Positions 29,730 through 44,179 of a stretch of DNA of 64,000 nt are shown here, one piece after another. This stretch comes from Trichoplax sp. H2 (lineage: Eukaryota): NCBI GenBank assembly GCA_003344405.1, contig NOWV01000013.1, positions 186,001 through 250,000 of the forward strand, read 5' to 3'. The notes beneath the pieces were generated by a model that did not search any database, was not told the DNA's origin, and saw nothing but the letters and a program-made list of their open reading frames with translations. The first letter of the stretch is position 1, and each line of letters starts with the position of its first letter. The position numbers and the translations under genes were made by a program.

Positions 29730-31108
29730 GAAACATCATCTTGATCATGCGCATGTTTCCTCTCCATTCATCAACCAACAGGGGAAAGGAAATGTTACAA
29801 ATGTGAACTGTGATGGTCAAATGGATCACCCCAACTGGACAAGGGCCAAAATACACAATATTCCAATCATACAAACTCATTTCCTTTTATTTTATTGATT
29901 TATTCCATACAGTGAAAATGTATTAATCGCATCGTATCTGACAGCAAGTATTGAGCCAACAAGATTTTTTCTGTATGGAACGATGATCGATATTATTCAT
30001 GGGTTATTATGTCTAAAAATCTCAATTTTAATAATACACAAATTGTACGTAGGCGAAAGCTACGTCAATAGGATGATCGAAACAAGAATCATACTGTCGT
30101 ACGATTGAAATAGTCGAGGTTTATCCATAACTTATAAAAGGTATACGCTCACCGAGTATACAGCTTTTAGACTGTAAAAAATAAACGATACCGACATCAT
30201 CCAGTCATAAGTTTCACAATTTTGTACATGCTACGAGCTTTTATTTATTGCAGTATCATATAGCGTAATTGACGCATGATTATGGAATACAAGTACGATT
30301 CTGTTAATGTTTGGCGACTAAAAAAGGACCAAACCTGATCTTTACACCTACGCCATACATACATAATTATCAGAATAAATGTTTGTTGTGTACTGTACAC
30401 TTCACTGAAACTGTTCTACTGGTGCATTATGCCCTTGTGAACATGTCTAGTAAGAAAAAAAATATGCAAACACGACGATTTTAGTAAAACACTTTCAGAG
30501 AAGTATCCAAAAAACATTCATTCAGATGGTTGCATCTGTAAATAAACAATTACTGTCTCCATTCCACAGTAGTACAGTAGAGACCCTCTAGAAACAACCT
30601 CATTTCTAGTAGACACAGTACTAGTTACAGGCATCGGCAACGCTTTGCAATGTCTTTAAAATACCATAATAATAATTTCCTTCCACCTCAGGCTTACTGA
30701 CTAATCCTAGCCGAGGTCATGCAACGCCATCATGTCTGTACGCCTGTACGTCTGTGACAGGCGAATTCAAGTGCCTACGCAGCCGTGTTTTGCAGCTGTG
30801 TTTACCATATCGCTGTGGCAACAACTTTCACTCGTTTGTATCCAGGTGCTCTCACACGCCGTTCAGTACAGTACTTAGACTCATCACAATCGCTTCGCAG
30901 TAAACTCGCCTAACAAGTCCAATGGAGCCAAAGTACAGTACTGGTACCGATACTTTTGATGACGACGATTTGCTGATGGAAATCGGTCATTCATATTGAT
31001 TCCAGCGCTAGATTAAACAGCAATTATTAGCCAAGGACTTTTTGACTCCATTTTAATAGACAGCATTAGACTGCATCGTTTTAGCTGTAACCTTCTTAAC
31101 CGGTAATC

Positions 31109-32852
31109 ATGGCTACCAAACGAATTACACAAGAAACTTTTGACGCCGTAGTCAAGGAAAATATAGATGATTTCGAGATGGATGCGGAAGAGGCTGTAGA
31201 GGATGCTATTAAACAGTTTGAATCTCAAGGAGTCAATTTAAGTAATATTATTAAACAAGCAGCAACAGCATCCGATGATCAACAATCTGGATCTGAAGCT
31301 CGTCATCCTATTTTAACTGCACTACAACGTATACAAGATAGCTTAAATAATCAATTGCAAGAAAAGAATGATGAAAAATTGCAAGATGCTTGCAAATTAT
31401 TTCAAGAGCAATCATGCCAAGGGGCTGCTTATCGAAATGTTGCCGCAGCTAACGGCGCTTATTCGATCATGTATAAACTTTGCCAAAGTGTAATCAACAA
31501 TCCTTCCAGCCTTTCGATAGCCTTGCGTACCATGGCTTCACTTATCGATGGCCAACCAGATTTAATGGATAATGTTGGCATTCAATTAATTATGGAAATT
31601 TTAAAGATGCACTTCAATGATTCGTTAATACAGCAAACCGGAATCAACGTTGTTCGCCTTGCGTGTATTATGCATGAAAGCAATCGTCAAAAATTTGTTA
31701 GCTGTGACTTAATTGAACACTTAATTTCGGTTTTACGTCATTTTACGGCTCAAATTGCTGTCATTAAAGAAGCATGTTCAACACTCCGTACGTTAACTTT
31801 AGATGACGATATAAGAGTGCCCTTTGGCAAGGCTCACGAACATGCTAAAATGATAGCTAGTGAATGTAATGGTCTTGAACTCTTAATCGAAGTCATTAAG
31901 TTACATTACCAAGATACAACCATCTATTGTGAAATTTGCTCTACAATTGCTAAATTAGCGGTTAGGAATGAATATTGCCAACAAGTTGTTGATTTAGGCG
32001 GATTAAAATTGGTAACACAAGCCCTAGCAGAAAGAATGGATGAATCGGTAGGTGCTAACTAATCGATAGCTTACTCGTATTAGTCCGGAGTTGGCTGTGA
32101 TGTGCAGTACGGTAACACTAGTAGCAAGGAATTCCGATGGAATAAAGTAATCGTTCTATGATGATAATACTGTAGAATTTTTATATCGTCTACAGTATAT
32201 ACTGTATGAAGTATCTCGCAGTATTGTATATAGACTCTATTATGTTACTCTGATAAATTGATTATTGAACTAAATACTGTAGATGATTGCCGCAAGATCA
32301 TGTTTTCTACTTCGTGCAATCTCTGGCAATGACGATGTCAAGATCGCAATAGTAAATTCTAGCTGCGTATCGTTAATAATAGCCGCTATGGATAGGCATC
32401 CTAAACATATGCATATTGCAGAGCAAGCCTGTGCAGTTTTCGCATCACTTGCATTGAGACATCCGCAACACTGTGCAGAGATTATATCATGTGGTGGTGC
32501 TGATTTCATTTTAAAAGCTATGAAAATTCATGAAGATGTAGAAAGCGTACAGGTTAATATAAATAAAAAATTCTTCTCTTGTCGCATATGTCCTATTGCT
32601 ATTTGAAAAAAATAAGCTTCATGTGCTCTTAATTTCACACGATAGAAACAAGGATGCTTAGCTATTCGTAACATAGTGGCAAGATCTAGGGAATATTGCA
32701 ATACTTTTCTAGAAGCTGGAGCTGAAGCCATTATCCGACAAGCCAGACGAAAGCATAAAAGTTGTGACGATGAGGCGAAAGCGGCATTGCGAGATTTAGA
32801 ATGTGCGGTACAATTAAAGGAATTATGGACTGGATTGCCAACTAATGGATAA
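31109..32852 (+). CDS. ARMC6: Armadillo repeat-containing protein 6, 3 exons
   Basis: KRITQETFDAVVKENIDDFEM...EAVEDAIKQFESQGVNLSNI, LTLDDDIRVPFGKAHEHAK, LAVRNEYCQ, AKAALRDL...LKELWTG. Exons 31109-32047, 32283-32552, 32646-32852. Confidence 0.95.
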
Positions 32853-34573
32853 TTGAATATCTTGGCCAACTCTAATTTCCATACAAATAGCGACGTTTCC
32901 TTTTTCGTAAATAGCATATCTCGCATAGTTTTATTGCCACCAAAAAATATTTAATATATAGTGTATCAGTACTGTAAAATCTTTTTTTAGATCTTTGCAT
33001 ATAAGTACCTTAATTATAGCTATCGTTTGTAAAATTTAAATGGTTATCAATCTACGGAGGTAATGAACGACTTCAATTCTTACACTTTTACCTATGAAAA
33101 CATTTCTACGGTAATCTTGGCAATCTAAATTATAACTTCAATAGCCCTTCTCGAGTTTACCTATCCGAGTGTTATTGTATATAGCTAGAAATAGTTCCTT
33201 TTATTGACTCTTGAATTTGTAATGATATACTATATGTGGAACATAAAGGTATATTTGTTTTATTATCAAGTGCGGATAAAATTTTCGTTCCAACATGGAT
33301 AATTGCTTTCCAGTATAGTGTTACAGAATAGTGTTGACAGTATGTTAAAATTTAGTCCTGTATACGCGAAAATTTTCGTAGATCGCAAATTGCAGGCATT
33401 AATTATTCAATTTGTATATTGCATAATTTATGCTTCCAATAATTCAGTAGAATTTAAGATTATTGTTAGTAATAGAAATCTACTGTAATCTAGAATAATT
33501 GATTTATCTGTAAAAATAAAATTTCAGCGTTAACAAATACTGAGTTTATTTAAATTTTGCAAATCGAGTAATAATTTGCTTTATAAATCCTGTACAAGAG
33601 TCTATTAATTCATAGAAAAACAATGCCTATTTTGCGTATTGACATGCGTACATTCAAATAAATGACGGTTTCTAGCATGCTGACGTGGATATACGAGTAT
33701 GTGATGAATTATTCCCGTTGAAATTATTTATTGTATAAATAATTACACAATCAAGCATCAGTATATAACGCTGGTAGTTCTTGTAGGAAAACGACTTAAA
33801 ACCAATCATCCTATTCGCCCATATATTATAACAATATATGGATATGGTATAATACTGTATATCGGTAAATATTTATATAAATAAGACGAGAAAGAGTTTG
33901 AGCCATAGAACACTTCTTTGGCTATAATGGGTAACAAATTAGCTCTTGTCGTAATCAGGGCGATTAGGAAGTATTTCATTAGAATAATCATAGCCTGAAT
34001 ATTCAATCATCAGGTTTGTTAATGATTAGTTCTCCTTCTATTTAGGTCATGCTTGTACGCATAAACGATCATCCCATAAAGTGTACACGTACAAATAAAT
34101 TACTACATGCATACGCGCATATACATCGGGAATTATTAAAAAAATATGCTATATACGCGTATGTGTACAAATAAACGCTACAGTATACAATCATGCCAAC
34201 TGCTTCGATGAAGGCTTCGTTTTCAGTGCGCAATCTGCATAATGGAGGGAACATGATCTCCCCCTATAATAGTGCAGTATAAATACAATCTTATTATCCA
34301 GATGCCCATCTTTTTTCTCTTTTACCACAGATTTCAATTGTCAAGGTTTTGGTATGGCATTGCACATTGAATCATAATAAAGTAACTATAATAACAGTAC
34401 ATTTACGAGAAGAGCACAAGAAGCACATTCCACTAGGAATAGTTGATTATAGACGTTTGAAAATTGGCGTGCTATGAAGTGAACTGTTATATTTTGTTAT
34501 GGCAAAGTACTTCGTTATAATTATTAAAAGTCACATTAGACGATGGCTAACCTTAGTCAAAGGAGCAGTTTAT

Positions 34574-36430
34574 CTAATATCGGACAATATTACGCTTGGA
34601 TGAAAAGCCAATCCAAATTAATGCAACAAAATACATTGATAAAATAACGATGAAGATGTATCTAACGTAGAAAGGTCGGGCTACAGTACATCGGCCATTG
34701 CTGTAAATGACAGAATATTTAATTTAGTCGAATTTCCTTCACTAAAAGAATGAAATCATGTAAATGCAAATGTATACAACTTGCCTTGGACTACTTGCAG
34801 CGGGATAAATTAATAAAAATTTGACCTTTAAGCAATCGTTATCCTGAACTATCACATATTTTTCAGTACCACTCCTACGTCACACAGTAAGCAGCAATCA
34901 CAATTTACATTTAATACTTGACTAAATCTTTTGATGTATAATTTACAAATAAAATAACTCTAAATAGTCTCCACCAAATATAAACAGCAATTACTTATTT
35001 TGATTTGCAAGAATTCGAGGATGCTTTATAACTTCACAAACAGCAACACATGAGATAGATTTGGCAATCATGCTTTTATCCCATGTAGAACCGGTCGTAG
35101 AGAAATTTAAGGAAACATCCAAATCAGTTGATAAATAAGTTCCTTCACCAAATAATGATCTCTATCGCATAAGAATGGCAACTTTATTAATATTGATAGA
35201 CAGTAGGATCAGCGATATCTCATACAAAAAGTTACAGTTCTTTTTTTACTTCTGATCGTGACTCGTATACAAATTGCAATTTCAACTTACATTATTTAAA
35301 TGTGATAAAAGACCAACATGTAGAATGGAGAAGAAATTTTCGACACCACTGCCATGAAATCCATAAAAAGAACCATACTGGCTCTTAAGTTCGTCAAAAC
35401 GACTGCTAGAACTTTTTCCTTTATAGATTATATCAAAAATTAAGCTAGGGCGGGTACCATTACGAAAGCCAGTTGCGGTTAGAAGCTCTTCCAACTGGGC
35501 AGTACGAATATACGAGCCAATAAGAAAAGAATTATACGTATATAATTATCAAATTATTAACGGCTAAGACATAGATAACATCGCCCAGTTATATATATCA
35601 TGCACTGCTAGTAAGGACTGCTTATAGAGAATTCTTCTTGATTTACGGTAAATATTGTACAGTATTTTGGTAAGGATATGACTAACCTTAGTATTGGGTA
35701 AGATCTTTAGGTGTACGGAAGTGCTATCTTCAACTAGTAGCCATTCTAAAAGCTCAATAGAATGAGCCGATAGACGAGTTTCTTCCTGAAGTAGTTCGCC
35801 AATGCCTGGGATTTGACGAAATGATTCTCTCTACATTTATGAAGATGTAGTATACGTACTTTAGTTTAGCAAATGTTGATCTTACATTTTACAAATGTCA
35901 TAACATGAACGAGGCAGAAAGTTACTAGTGGATAATGCGATTTTGTTGATAATTAATTATTATCTTACGTACTCTACTTGTATTGAAGTGATTAACTTAT
36001 CCTTTTATACGAATTTGCAGGTCATTAAATCTTAAGAGGTAAAGTATTGTTGTACGTGGTAAGCGATCACTATTAATGTCATCAGTGTCTCTGACTTCAA
36101 ATCAGCCTATTGAGATTTGCTACCCCATTCAAGGCTTGAAATAATTTGTTGCGACTACAATATTTTGCGTTGATTAAAACTAATTTTATTGTTGTAATAA
36201 CTGCAAGTATTTAAATGTAGTCTGTAACAGGATAAGTAGTAGAGTGATTACAATTCCGTACTTACCAATGAATCGATCTGTTTCTCCCCAAACCTGATGT
36301 AAGTTTGTGGGAAAGGACGTAAAACGCTGTCAAAACGAAAACTTCTTAATGCTGCACTAAAAAGACTGATCTTGAGGTCAGTAGCCAATCTGTCTCTCTC
36401 AATGGTCAAGCGTAACTTAGTCCTCAACAT
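34574..36430 (-). CDS. PARP16: Mono-ADP-ribosyltransferase PARP16 (tail-anchored ER ART), 6 exons
   Basis: Exons 36430-36266 (DLKISLFSAALRSFRFDSVLRPFP), 35830-35687, 35494-35291 (GFHGSGVENFFSILHVGL), 35161-34995 (SLFGEGTYLSTDL...VAVCEVI), 34874-34785 (EKYVIVQDNDCLKVKFLLIY), 34700-34574 (C-terminal TM YIFIVILSMYFVALIWIGF). Start codon uncertain. Confidence 0.92.
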
Positions 36431-37785
36431 GTCGTCGTTATTGCATTTGTAGATCAAATTCAAGGAGACTACTAGGTTTGTTGATCATACTCCAAATATA
36501 TCGATGGAGGAGATTTACAAGGGCATTTCTCTCTCTTTTCTCTCCTACACTGATTGAAATGCTTTTAATCTACAACGATACCTTTCAATGCTCTCTAAAT
36601 CCTCTAGATAATTGTAATTTGTTAACAAACGCGATAAAAGAACTAGACTGAGCTGATAGTATTTGACAGATCGATTAAATTGCTCGTTCAATATTATTAC
36701 TGTGTTTACTACTGTAGTTGGACACTGATAAAATCTCTTTTCCTCCACTATGATACTTGTGAGTCTGCTAAGTGCTAAATAATACTGGAGATCATCTGTT
36801 CACACAACTGATAAAAACAGCCAAACTTATCGAAAATACAGTAGAGCAGTTTTAGAAGGTTAGATAATAATATTGATTAGCTAATTGAAGCTGATAAGAT
36901 TTCTCCTTATCTATTTCTACCCTATATTAAGCACTTTGAAATCAACTCAGTACTCAAGATAATCAGTTAATACAATCGATCAAAACAACTAGAGTGAAGT
37001 TATCAGAGATAGAGTAATTTCGATAATTTCAGATAGCATTTGCTGTGGAATTGTCAATAAATCATCATTGAAAGTTGTTGCTGAATAGCATCGTCAGGCA
37101 GTCCGTTCAGTAAAAGCTTTGCAAACATCTAGTCTGCTAGGACAATCTTTTATATATATTGTACGTATACTGAAACAAAAGTATCACGAGCAGGGTGTAG
37201 GACTCGTTTTGAGTAGAAGTGTTACTATTCTGGCACAGAGCAGACTGAGACTGATAGAATGCTATAGCAAAAACTCTCATCACCAAGTTTTACTATGAGC
37301 ATATTGCTGGCCTAAAGTATATACCATACTCTAGTCCAGTTGTGCACTGGCACTGGATGTTACCACATCATGATATGACATTATATTGCTACAATTCATA
37401 CCAGGCACTTTGCATTTTTAATTTCTTTCCCTTGTTCATACACTACGATAGAAAAGGTGTTTACTTTATACTTTATTATACTGTATAGAGCCATTTGCTA
37501 CTAGTAACTCCGGAGCAAAGGTTGGTCGAGCTAACTCCTAATACAACTCGTGTTTCCAATTACAGCATTTTCTATAGTATGCTTTTACGATTATAGCACT
37601 GTTCTATACTGTACAGAACTATAGAGTCTATAGACACATTGGTAGGCTACACCACTCCACTATTGTTGCTGTACTAGCCGGCGAGTAAAGCTGTTAACAC
37701 ATCTTGTCTACCATCAAAATCGAGGAGCAATTCGTTTATTGACTATAATTTATCTGCTATATCATCAGCCAAGCACGCAAAAGCA

Positions 37786-38001
37786 ATGATTCGAGCTCCA
37801 ATAAGGTTAAACTTTGGTCAGGTCATTTTTGCTATGGTCCTTGGTGTAGTCAGTGGAATCTACATCTTTAAACCGATGCTTCAACAGCAGCTTCTGAATG
37901 AATTAACTGAAAAAGAATTAAACCAAAGTCATCAAGATCACAAAAACAACGAGCCCAAGCAATCAGCACTGACTGATGTAAAACAAGATGAGGAAGTGTA
38001 A
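37786..38001 (+). CDS. PIGBOS1: PIGBOS1-like microprotein (71 aa, one TM)
   Basis: RLNFGQVIFAMVLGVVSGIYIFKPML closely matches the recalled human PIGBOS1 N-terminus (RLTFAQLLFATVLGIAGGVYIFQPVF), followed by a charged Q/E/K tail. Confidence 0.85.
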   Translation: MIRAPIRLNFGQVIFAMVLGVVSGIYIFKPMLQQQLLNELTEKELNQSHQDHKNNEPKQSALTDVKQDEEV

Positions 38002-39745
38002 TAGCAATGATTTCAGTAGATGAGATGCGGTTAACAAATGTTAAGGATATTATTGCTTTTAAATGCTTATTGATTGAGCACATAACGCAAATATTGTACA
38101 GCCGGCTGCATGGAAAAGAAGAAACTAACAAAGTAGATTATGGTGTGCTTCTGCCTTCCACTGTGCAAAATTGTACGGATCTTTAAGTAATGGTCAATAC
38201 ATACCTAGCATGATGTGTGCTTAACCAGCTAATGGCAACTGACATTTTAATCCAGACAAGGAAGAAATTAAGATTTTAAAGATTATAGAATATTATAGTG
38301 TAATATACGAGTCTAAATATCTGCAGCAAAAACAAACGTGCGTGCAGCATAAAACACTGGTGTGCAGTCGAGATTGCATCAAGACCAAAGCTTGATTAAT
38401 CATCTATTTGCAAGTACAGTATGGGGCTATACGGAGCACTTGTAATAACAGACTAATTTTAAGTATTTTACCTTACGTAATATACAGTATATCTTCAACT
38501 TTTCATGCTAGTGGTTAGCGATTCCATTCCTACTTATTTAACTAGTCTTTGTCATTGCATAATCATAATAACTGCCTACTCAATGCCATGAACTTCTAGA
38601 TCTCTAAGTCCATGTCAATGAATAGTAATGCGTAGTGCCGTAATTTTATATTCCGTGTCAATAGAAGATTTTAAATTGGAGCTAAAGCAATTTTGGAAAT
38701 TATGACATCTCAGTTTAGAAAATCAAGCTTGACCTTAATATGTGTCTCTGATGGATCGTGATTACGATCTCGCTTGTCTTGGCATTCGATATTCATAGTT
38801 TTACTAGTTTTGGCAATCTTGTTATCAATGTTATTTTATTCAGATCTCACTTTACTTCAATATACATTTCGTTATTTATTATGGGATGCAAAAGGTCTAA
38901 TTATTCTCTTGCAGTGTCAACCTGCTCGAAATTGTCCTACCGTACGAGCATATTGTATGTTGCAGTGTGAAATGCAGTCATATGCATTAGATGGTATGTT
39001 ATCATAGCCATTGCATAAAGCATAGTGTCGAATAGATGATAGAACTATACTTACTATCAGCGTTGTTCACAATTAAATGTTTAATGTTATGCTAAAATGG
39101 CCTAATCATAACATAATGTTATAAAATCTTATATATAGTGTACAAACATGAACTACTAGATGCTAGTCCACGGTACAAGTCAGTACATTGTAGGCCATAA
39201 CAAACGCCATATAGCTACAGGACGCAGGCAGAAGGATATAAGAATGAATTATGGATAATAATGATGTGCTGGTATTGGAAAGCAAATAAAATTTGATGAT
39301 AAAAGATTTTATTAATTATACACCATGATATAATAAATGAATAAAAACGTGTATTATCATGCAATCTTGACATTTGCTTACAACAAATTGTGCTGGAGAT
39401 TGCAAATTATGGTTATTATACAGTCATTTTGAAGATGTTGGGCTTAAAATGCAAGTGCAAGTAAGGTATCCTGGATGAGATACAAGATATTCTTACCTGA
39501 ACCTTATCACCTAAACTTTTTAAAATTATAAAATGATCAAAGCCCGTATTTCAATTACAGTTAACCTTATACGGAAGACAAAGAGCCATAGTTTCATAGT
39601 GATGTACCAAGACAAAGTAAATCATGACCTAAACCTTACATATATTTAAGACATTACAGTGCTATCAAGAGTTAAGGGAATACTTTAATATTATCGAAGA
39701 TATAATAAGCAAATCCTTCAAAGTAAAACAATTGCAAGCTATCTC

Positions 39746-40632
39746 TCAGCCAATTAATAGTAGAATATGATTTCTTCGTTTGTCGATCAGAATACAGTAT
39801 ATTCTCATGCTTGTTAACCACAGCGAATTCATTCGAAACCAATAATTGGATAACTTAGAGCTCTTTTGAACCGCATCATTCTTATTTATCTTTTCATCTA
39901 CTACCTGCTTCTTTTCATACATCCGAGCTAACCGAGCGTTATCAGTATGTCTATTGGCAGAAATAAAGTTGTAGATGGTTCTGGTTGAATATTGTTTTTT
40001 TATTTTTCTTTTCATCTGTTAACACATTTGTAGTATTTTTACTCTTTCCCATTAGCCTACCCAACCTAAATGTATCCTCATACCCATTCCTTTTTCAGGA
40101 AATGGATTCTCTATTCCTTTTGAATCTACTTGCGTCTCATCTCCTTTCTTTCTACCCACTACTCAACTCGCCGTTTTCTTGCTCTTTTCGGATATCCATA
40201 CCAATCAAGATTGATCGGTATGTTTCTTTTCAGTTAAAAAATCCCTAGATAATGCGTCTTTCTTGTGGATCTTATCTAGATCGATCTTCTTTCACTTTTA
40301 CCAGTATGTCTATTTTCAGAGGTTGAATGCTTCAATAATTGGATATCCTTTTGGATCGCCTCTATCGCTTGTCCTTCCATTTATTTATTACTCAGCTCCA
40401 TGGACTACTAGATGCACCTAGTAGTCCATGCCAGTTTATTATATTCTTACTCTTTCCAGACATCCATGTTAACAAGGTCTTTGCAGCGTATCCAGTTGTC
40501 CGAAATCCGCTATTAGAACATTCGGAGTTATTTTTGGTTCCTTTTTTGTTGTTTTCCTTTCTGCCTGTTACCTAATTCATAAAATTCTTGCTTGTTCCAG
40601 TTATCTACTCTAGCCAAGACTTATTAACACAT
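39746..40632 (-). pseudogene. Decayed 3' half of copy A
   Basis: Homologous to ~44190-45095 but with TGG->TAG stops at 40605-40607 and 40572-40574 plus further disruptions. Confidence 0.85.
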
Positions 40633-40825
40633 CTACGGATTGCAGTAAAATGAATCGACATTCTACTGTATTATATCAATGTAGCCATACGTATAAAATT
40701 ATACATTATAATATAGATGTAATAACAGATGCATTTATTCTGTTCCGTCAGACAGTAGCATCCTCTTCTATATCTCTGTAGCCTTCTACCTGTATACTGT
40801 GTTCTCATTTTCAGATAGACCTGCT

Positions 40826-42909
40826 TCATATTCTCCTATCACCCTTGTCATTTGTCGTTGCCGTTTGTTTCTTAAAAAGTTTCTTACACAGATTACGCTG
40901 TATACTATGTACAGAACCTTCAACTTTAGCCTGAATAAGTAGTTTACTTACCTCTTCAGTTAGCTTAGATAATTCATTGTTCATGAATTCAACCCACTGT
41001 TGAGTGGCAAGGTCGTATTTAGTCTTATTGTAATAAGTTGTGTCTGTAAATCCTTGCAAAAGTGCGCTGCACTTGTTTAATGGGTCATGGCTAACTTCAT
41101 GTCTTAGACATTCCAAGTATTTTTTTGTATTAGAAATTAACTCAGATAAATGTTTCTGTAAAAGTAACTTACTAGCAACACCATTATCACTCGGTTTGTC
41201 CATGTTATGGGTGTCGTTTTCGCATTTTAATGACGTCTTATTAGCAACAATATGCTTAGAAGATCCTTGAAGCATAGGAAATACAATCATGATATATATA
41301 CCAAATAAGCAGACAATCACAGCTACAATAATGTAGCTTGAAGGTGCTAGTAACATTTTCTTGTGCTCAGCGGTAACGACTTTTTTATTTTGATTGATTG
41401 ATTCAGTTAGAGCAGACTTGCTAGAAACAATACCACTCGATTCCGTTATTTCGCTATCATACAAAAAATCAGAACCTGCCTCCTTCACATCCGGTACGAT
41501 CTGGTTACTTAATGTTATATCATTATCGGTAGTTAATTCTACAGCCTCGTCTGGTTGAACGATAATCGTAGACCCATTCTCGGATTTATTATTAGAAATT
41601 GCAAAAGCTTCGATTTGACGGCATTGCATATCTTGGTCTACGTCGGCGAGGGTACCGCTATCCACTAAGCAATAACTACCTGCATCACTGATTATAGCGT
41701 TAGCTTTATTATCAGCGTCGAGTATAGTATTCATGATATCGCTGTTGAAAATATTGCGCCCATCTAAACTACTATGACTTTTCAAGATAATATAGTCACT
41801 TGTATCTAATGATGTATCCACGTCCGAATCAACTTGGCCCTAATAAAAATTAAAATTAGAATACTTAGCGTCATTATCGTTTAGTAATTTACACTATGTT
41901 TACACGTCAAAATCTAAAGTACAGTACATATACGCGTGTAGTTTAACACATAATCCGCAAAGTAACGGAGAAATGATCAGAGGGTTTTAAAATAAAACAG
42001 ACAAGCAATCATAACCACTGAAATTAGGAACGTGGCAAGCTCTTGTCAGCCAAAACTGAAGTAAAATTGATATCAAGATCAAAGTAATAATTAATTATTA
42101 TTGGAGATGATGATCAATCGCTGAATTTATTTGTAAGGCAATTTTAACTATCAATCGGATGAGAGAGATATCGCTATCCATGATAATAATGTACTGTACA
42201 ATGTACGCGTCCTTTTTAACTGATCATAATCATCAATAAGTTTTAACATATAAAATGACTAGCTAGAAAGAGAAGCAATTTGATTTCTCCAAGTCATTGC
42301 TACTGTTTACTGACAAGCGGATCAGACGGTAATATCATCCACGATATACATACAGTAGGTCATTTTCTGGCATTGAGATTTTCCCTTGACTAATATCATT
42401 ACATTTAGCCAGAGGAGGATCTCACCATTGCAATACCAAACATGTCCTTGTTACAGATCATGAACGTGCTATGGTACAAAATAATTCAGCTAGAAAGGAG
42501 AAGTGATTTGATCTTTTCATTCCTGACAAACAGATCGCATTATTATGACTGTGGTCACTGTGATGACTGTAAATAACATTTCTACTATACTTAAGAAGGA
42601 AAACTTAACGACTGATTCCTAATAACCTGACAATGAAACTACGTACCGTCATAATTATTAATATACTAATAGAACCCACGCTCGTTATACTTCGAGTATT
42701 GCATTATATCCGCTGTCATGAAAACTAATTTGATCTCGCCGCGCGCCATGGCTGACAAACAGAGTACATACCATAAAATTGTATCAATTCTTATTAATTA
42801 CAATCGGTAAAAAGTAAAGGTTTAAAGCAGTTAATCTCGATAATAGGACAATAAACTACATAAAGTAGATCTTTACGGAATCATTTCGATCTCCAGTTCT
42901 ATCCTTCAT
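40826..42909 (-). CDS. Single-pass membrane protein, truncated copy A (~348 aa); CCPG1/PBXIP1-like candidate
   Basis: Exon 42909-42877 (MKDRTGDRNDS|gtaaag) plus exon 41839-40826. Acidic N-terminus with DTSDYIIL, TM YIIVAVIVCLFGIYIMIVFPML, helical luminal part. The last ~30 aa come from sequence absent in copy B. Confidence 0.6.
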
Positions 42910-44179
42910 TATGCCTAGGTAATCGACTACCACCCGCATGGTTAATTCAAAAAGTATATAATCATTATTCAACTATACTGGATTGGAAACTGGACGTTAG
43001 GCGTGAAATTAGGTTTTACGCTTCTTTACAACATCAATAAACCCTAGCAAAACCTACAAAATTGTTGCCGTCTTCCTTTAGGATCCTCAGATCGGAGGTA
43101 GCATTCATGATCGATAATTCACAACACACGCCGTTTTAAAATTGATAGCAAATTTTCCTACAATCAAGTCCTGCACGAAATAATAGATGATGATGTGTGT
43201 GTAGAGTGTAAAAACGGATGCAAACACTTACCAGATATGCGCATATTGCCAATATAAATAAAAGCCGTAATTAATATTAATTACCATAACATATATAGTT
43301 AACAATAGCTGCACGGCGTTACTAGTGCGAAAAATAAATACATAATTAAAAGTACTATACTATGGAATAACTTTTTAAATATCGAGGCTTTGGCCATTCT
43401 AAAGTCGACGATGACCTTCCACATTGGCAGTTTCACACATTAAAGTAATTTTTTAATTGTTAATTTCTATCTGCTTCGATTTTATAGCCCTCTTATACGA
43501 AACCTTCTTTTCTTTTATAATAATATAAAAAATAAAGAATTAATTAAAAAGCCCAACCGGTACTGGTACTTTACTTTGATTCTATAGCTGTCACATACAG
43601 GTTAATTTTTCGTCACTAATAGAAGATAAATAAATGATGGTCCAAACTTGATCTTTAAGCTGAATACTAAACTAAAAACTTATAAGCAAATAAAATTTGA
43701 TAATAAAAGATTTTATTATACATCACGATGTAATAAGTCAATGAAAATATAAAATGTATATTATCATGCAATCTTGACATTTATTTATAACAAATCGTGC
43801 TAGAGATTGCAAATTATGGTTACTATACAGTCATTTTGAAGATGTTAGGCTGAAAATATAAGTGCAAATATCAGGTATCCCCGATGCGATACAGGATACT
43901 ATTACCTAAACCTTATCACCTTAATATTTTAAATTTATAAAATGATCAAAATATCAATCGCTGCAGCCCGCTGTATTTCAATTACAGTTAACCTTTATAC
44001 GGAAGATAAAGAGCCATACGATTCGCAAAAATGTACCATAACAAAGTAAATCATTACCTAAACCTTACATATACAGTATTGAAGACATTGCAATGCTAAC
44101 AAGACTTAAGGGAATACTTTAATATTATTGGAGGTGTAATAAACAAATCCTTCAAAGTAAAACTATTGCAAGCTATTTG

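Noticed and set aside
33681-33688. UPRE-like TGACGTGG
   Set aside because: Lies between the convergent 3' ends of ARMC6 and PARP16, not in a promoter; a single 8-mer can occur by chance.
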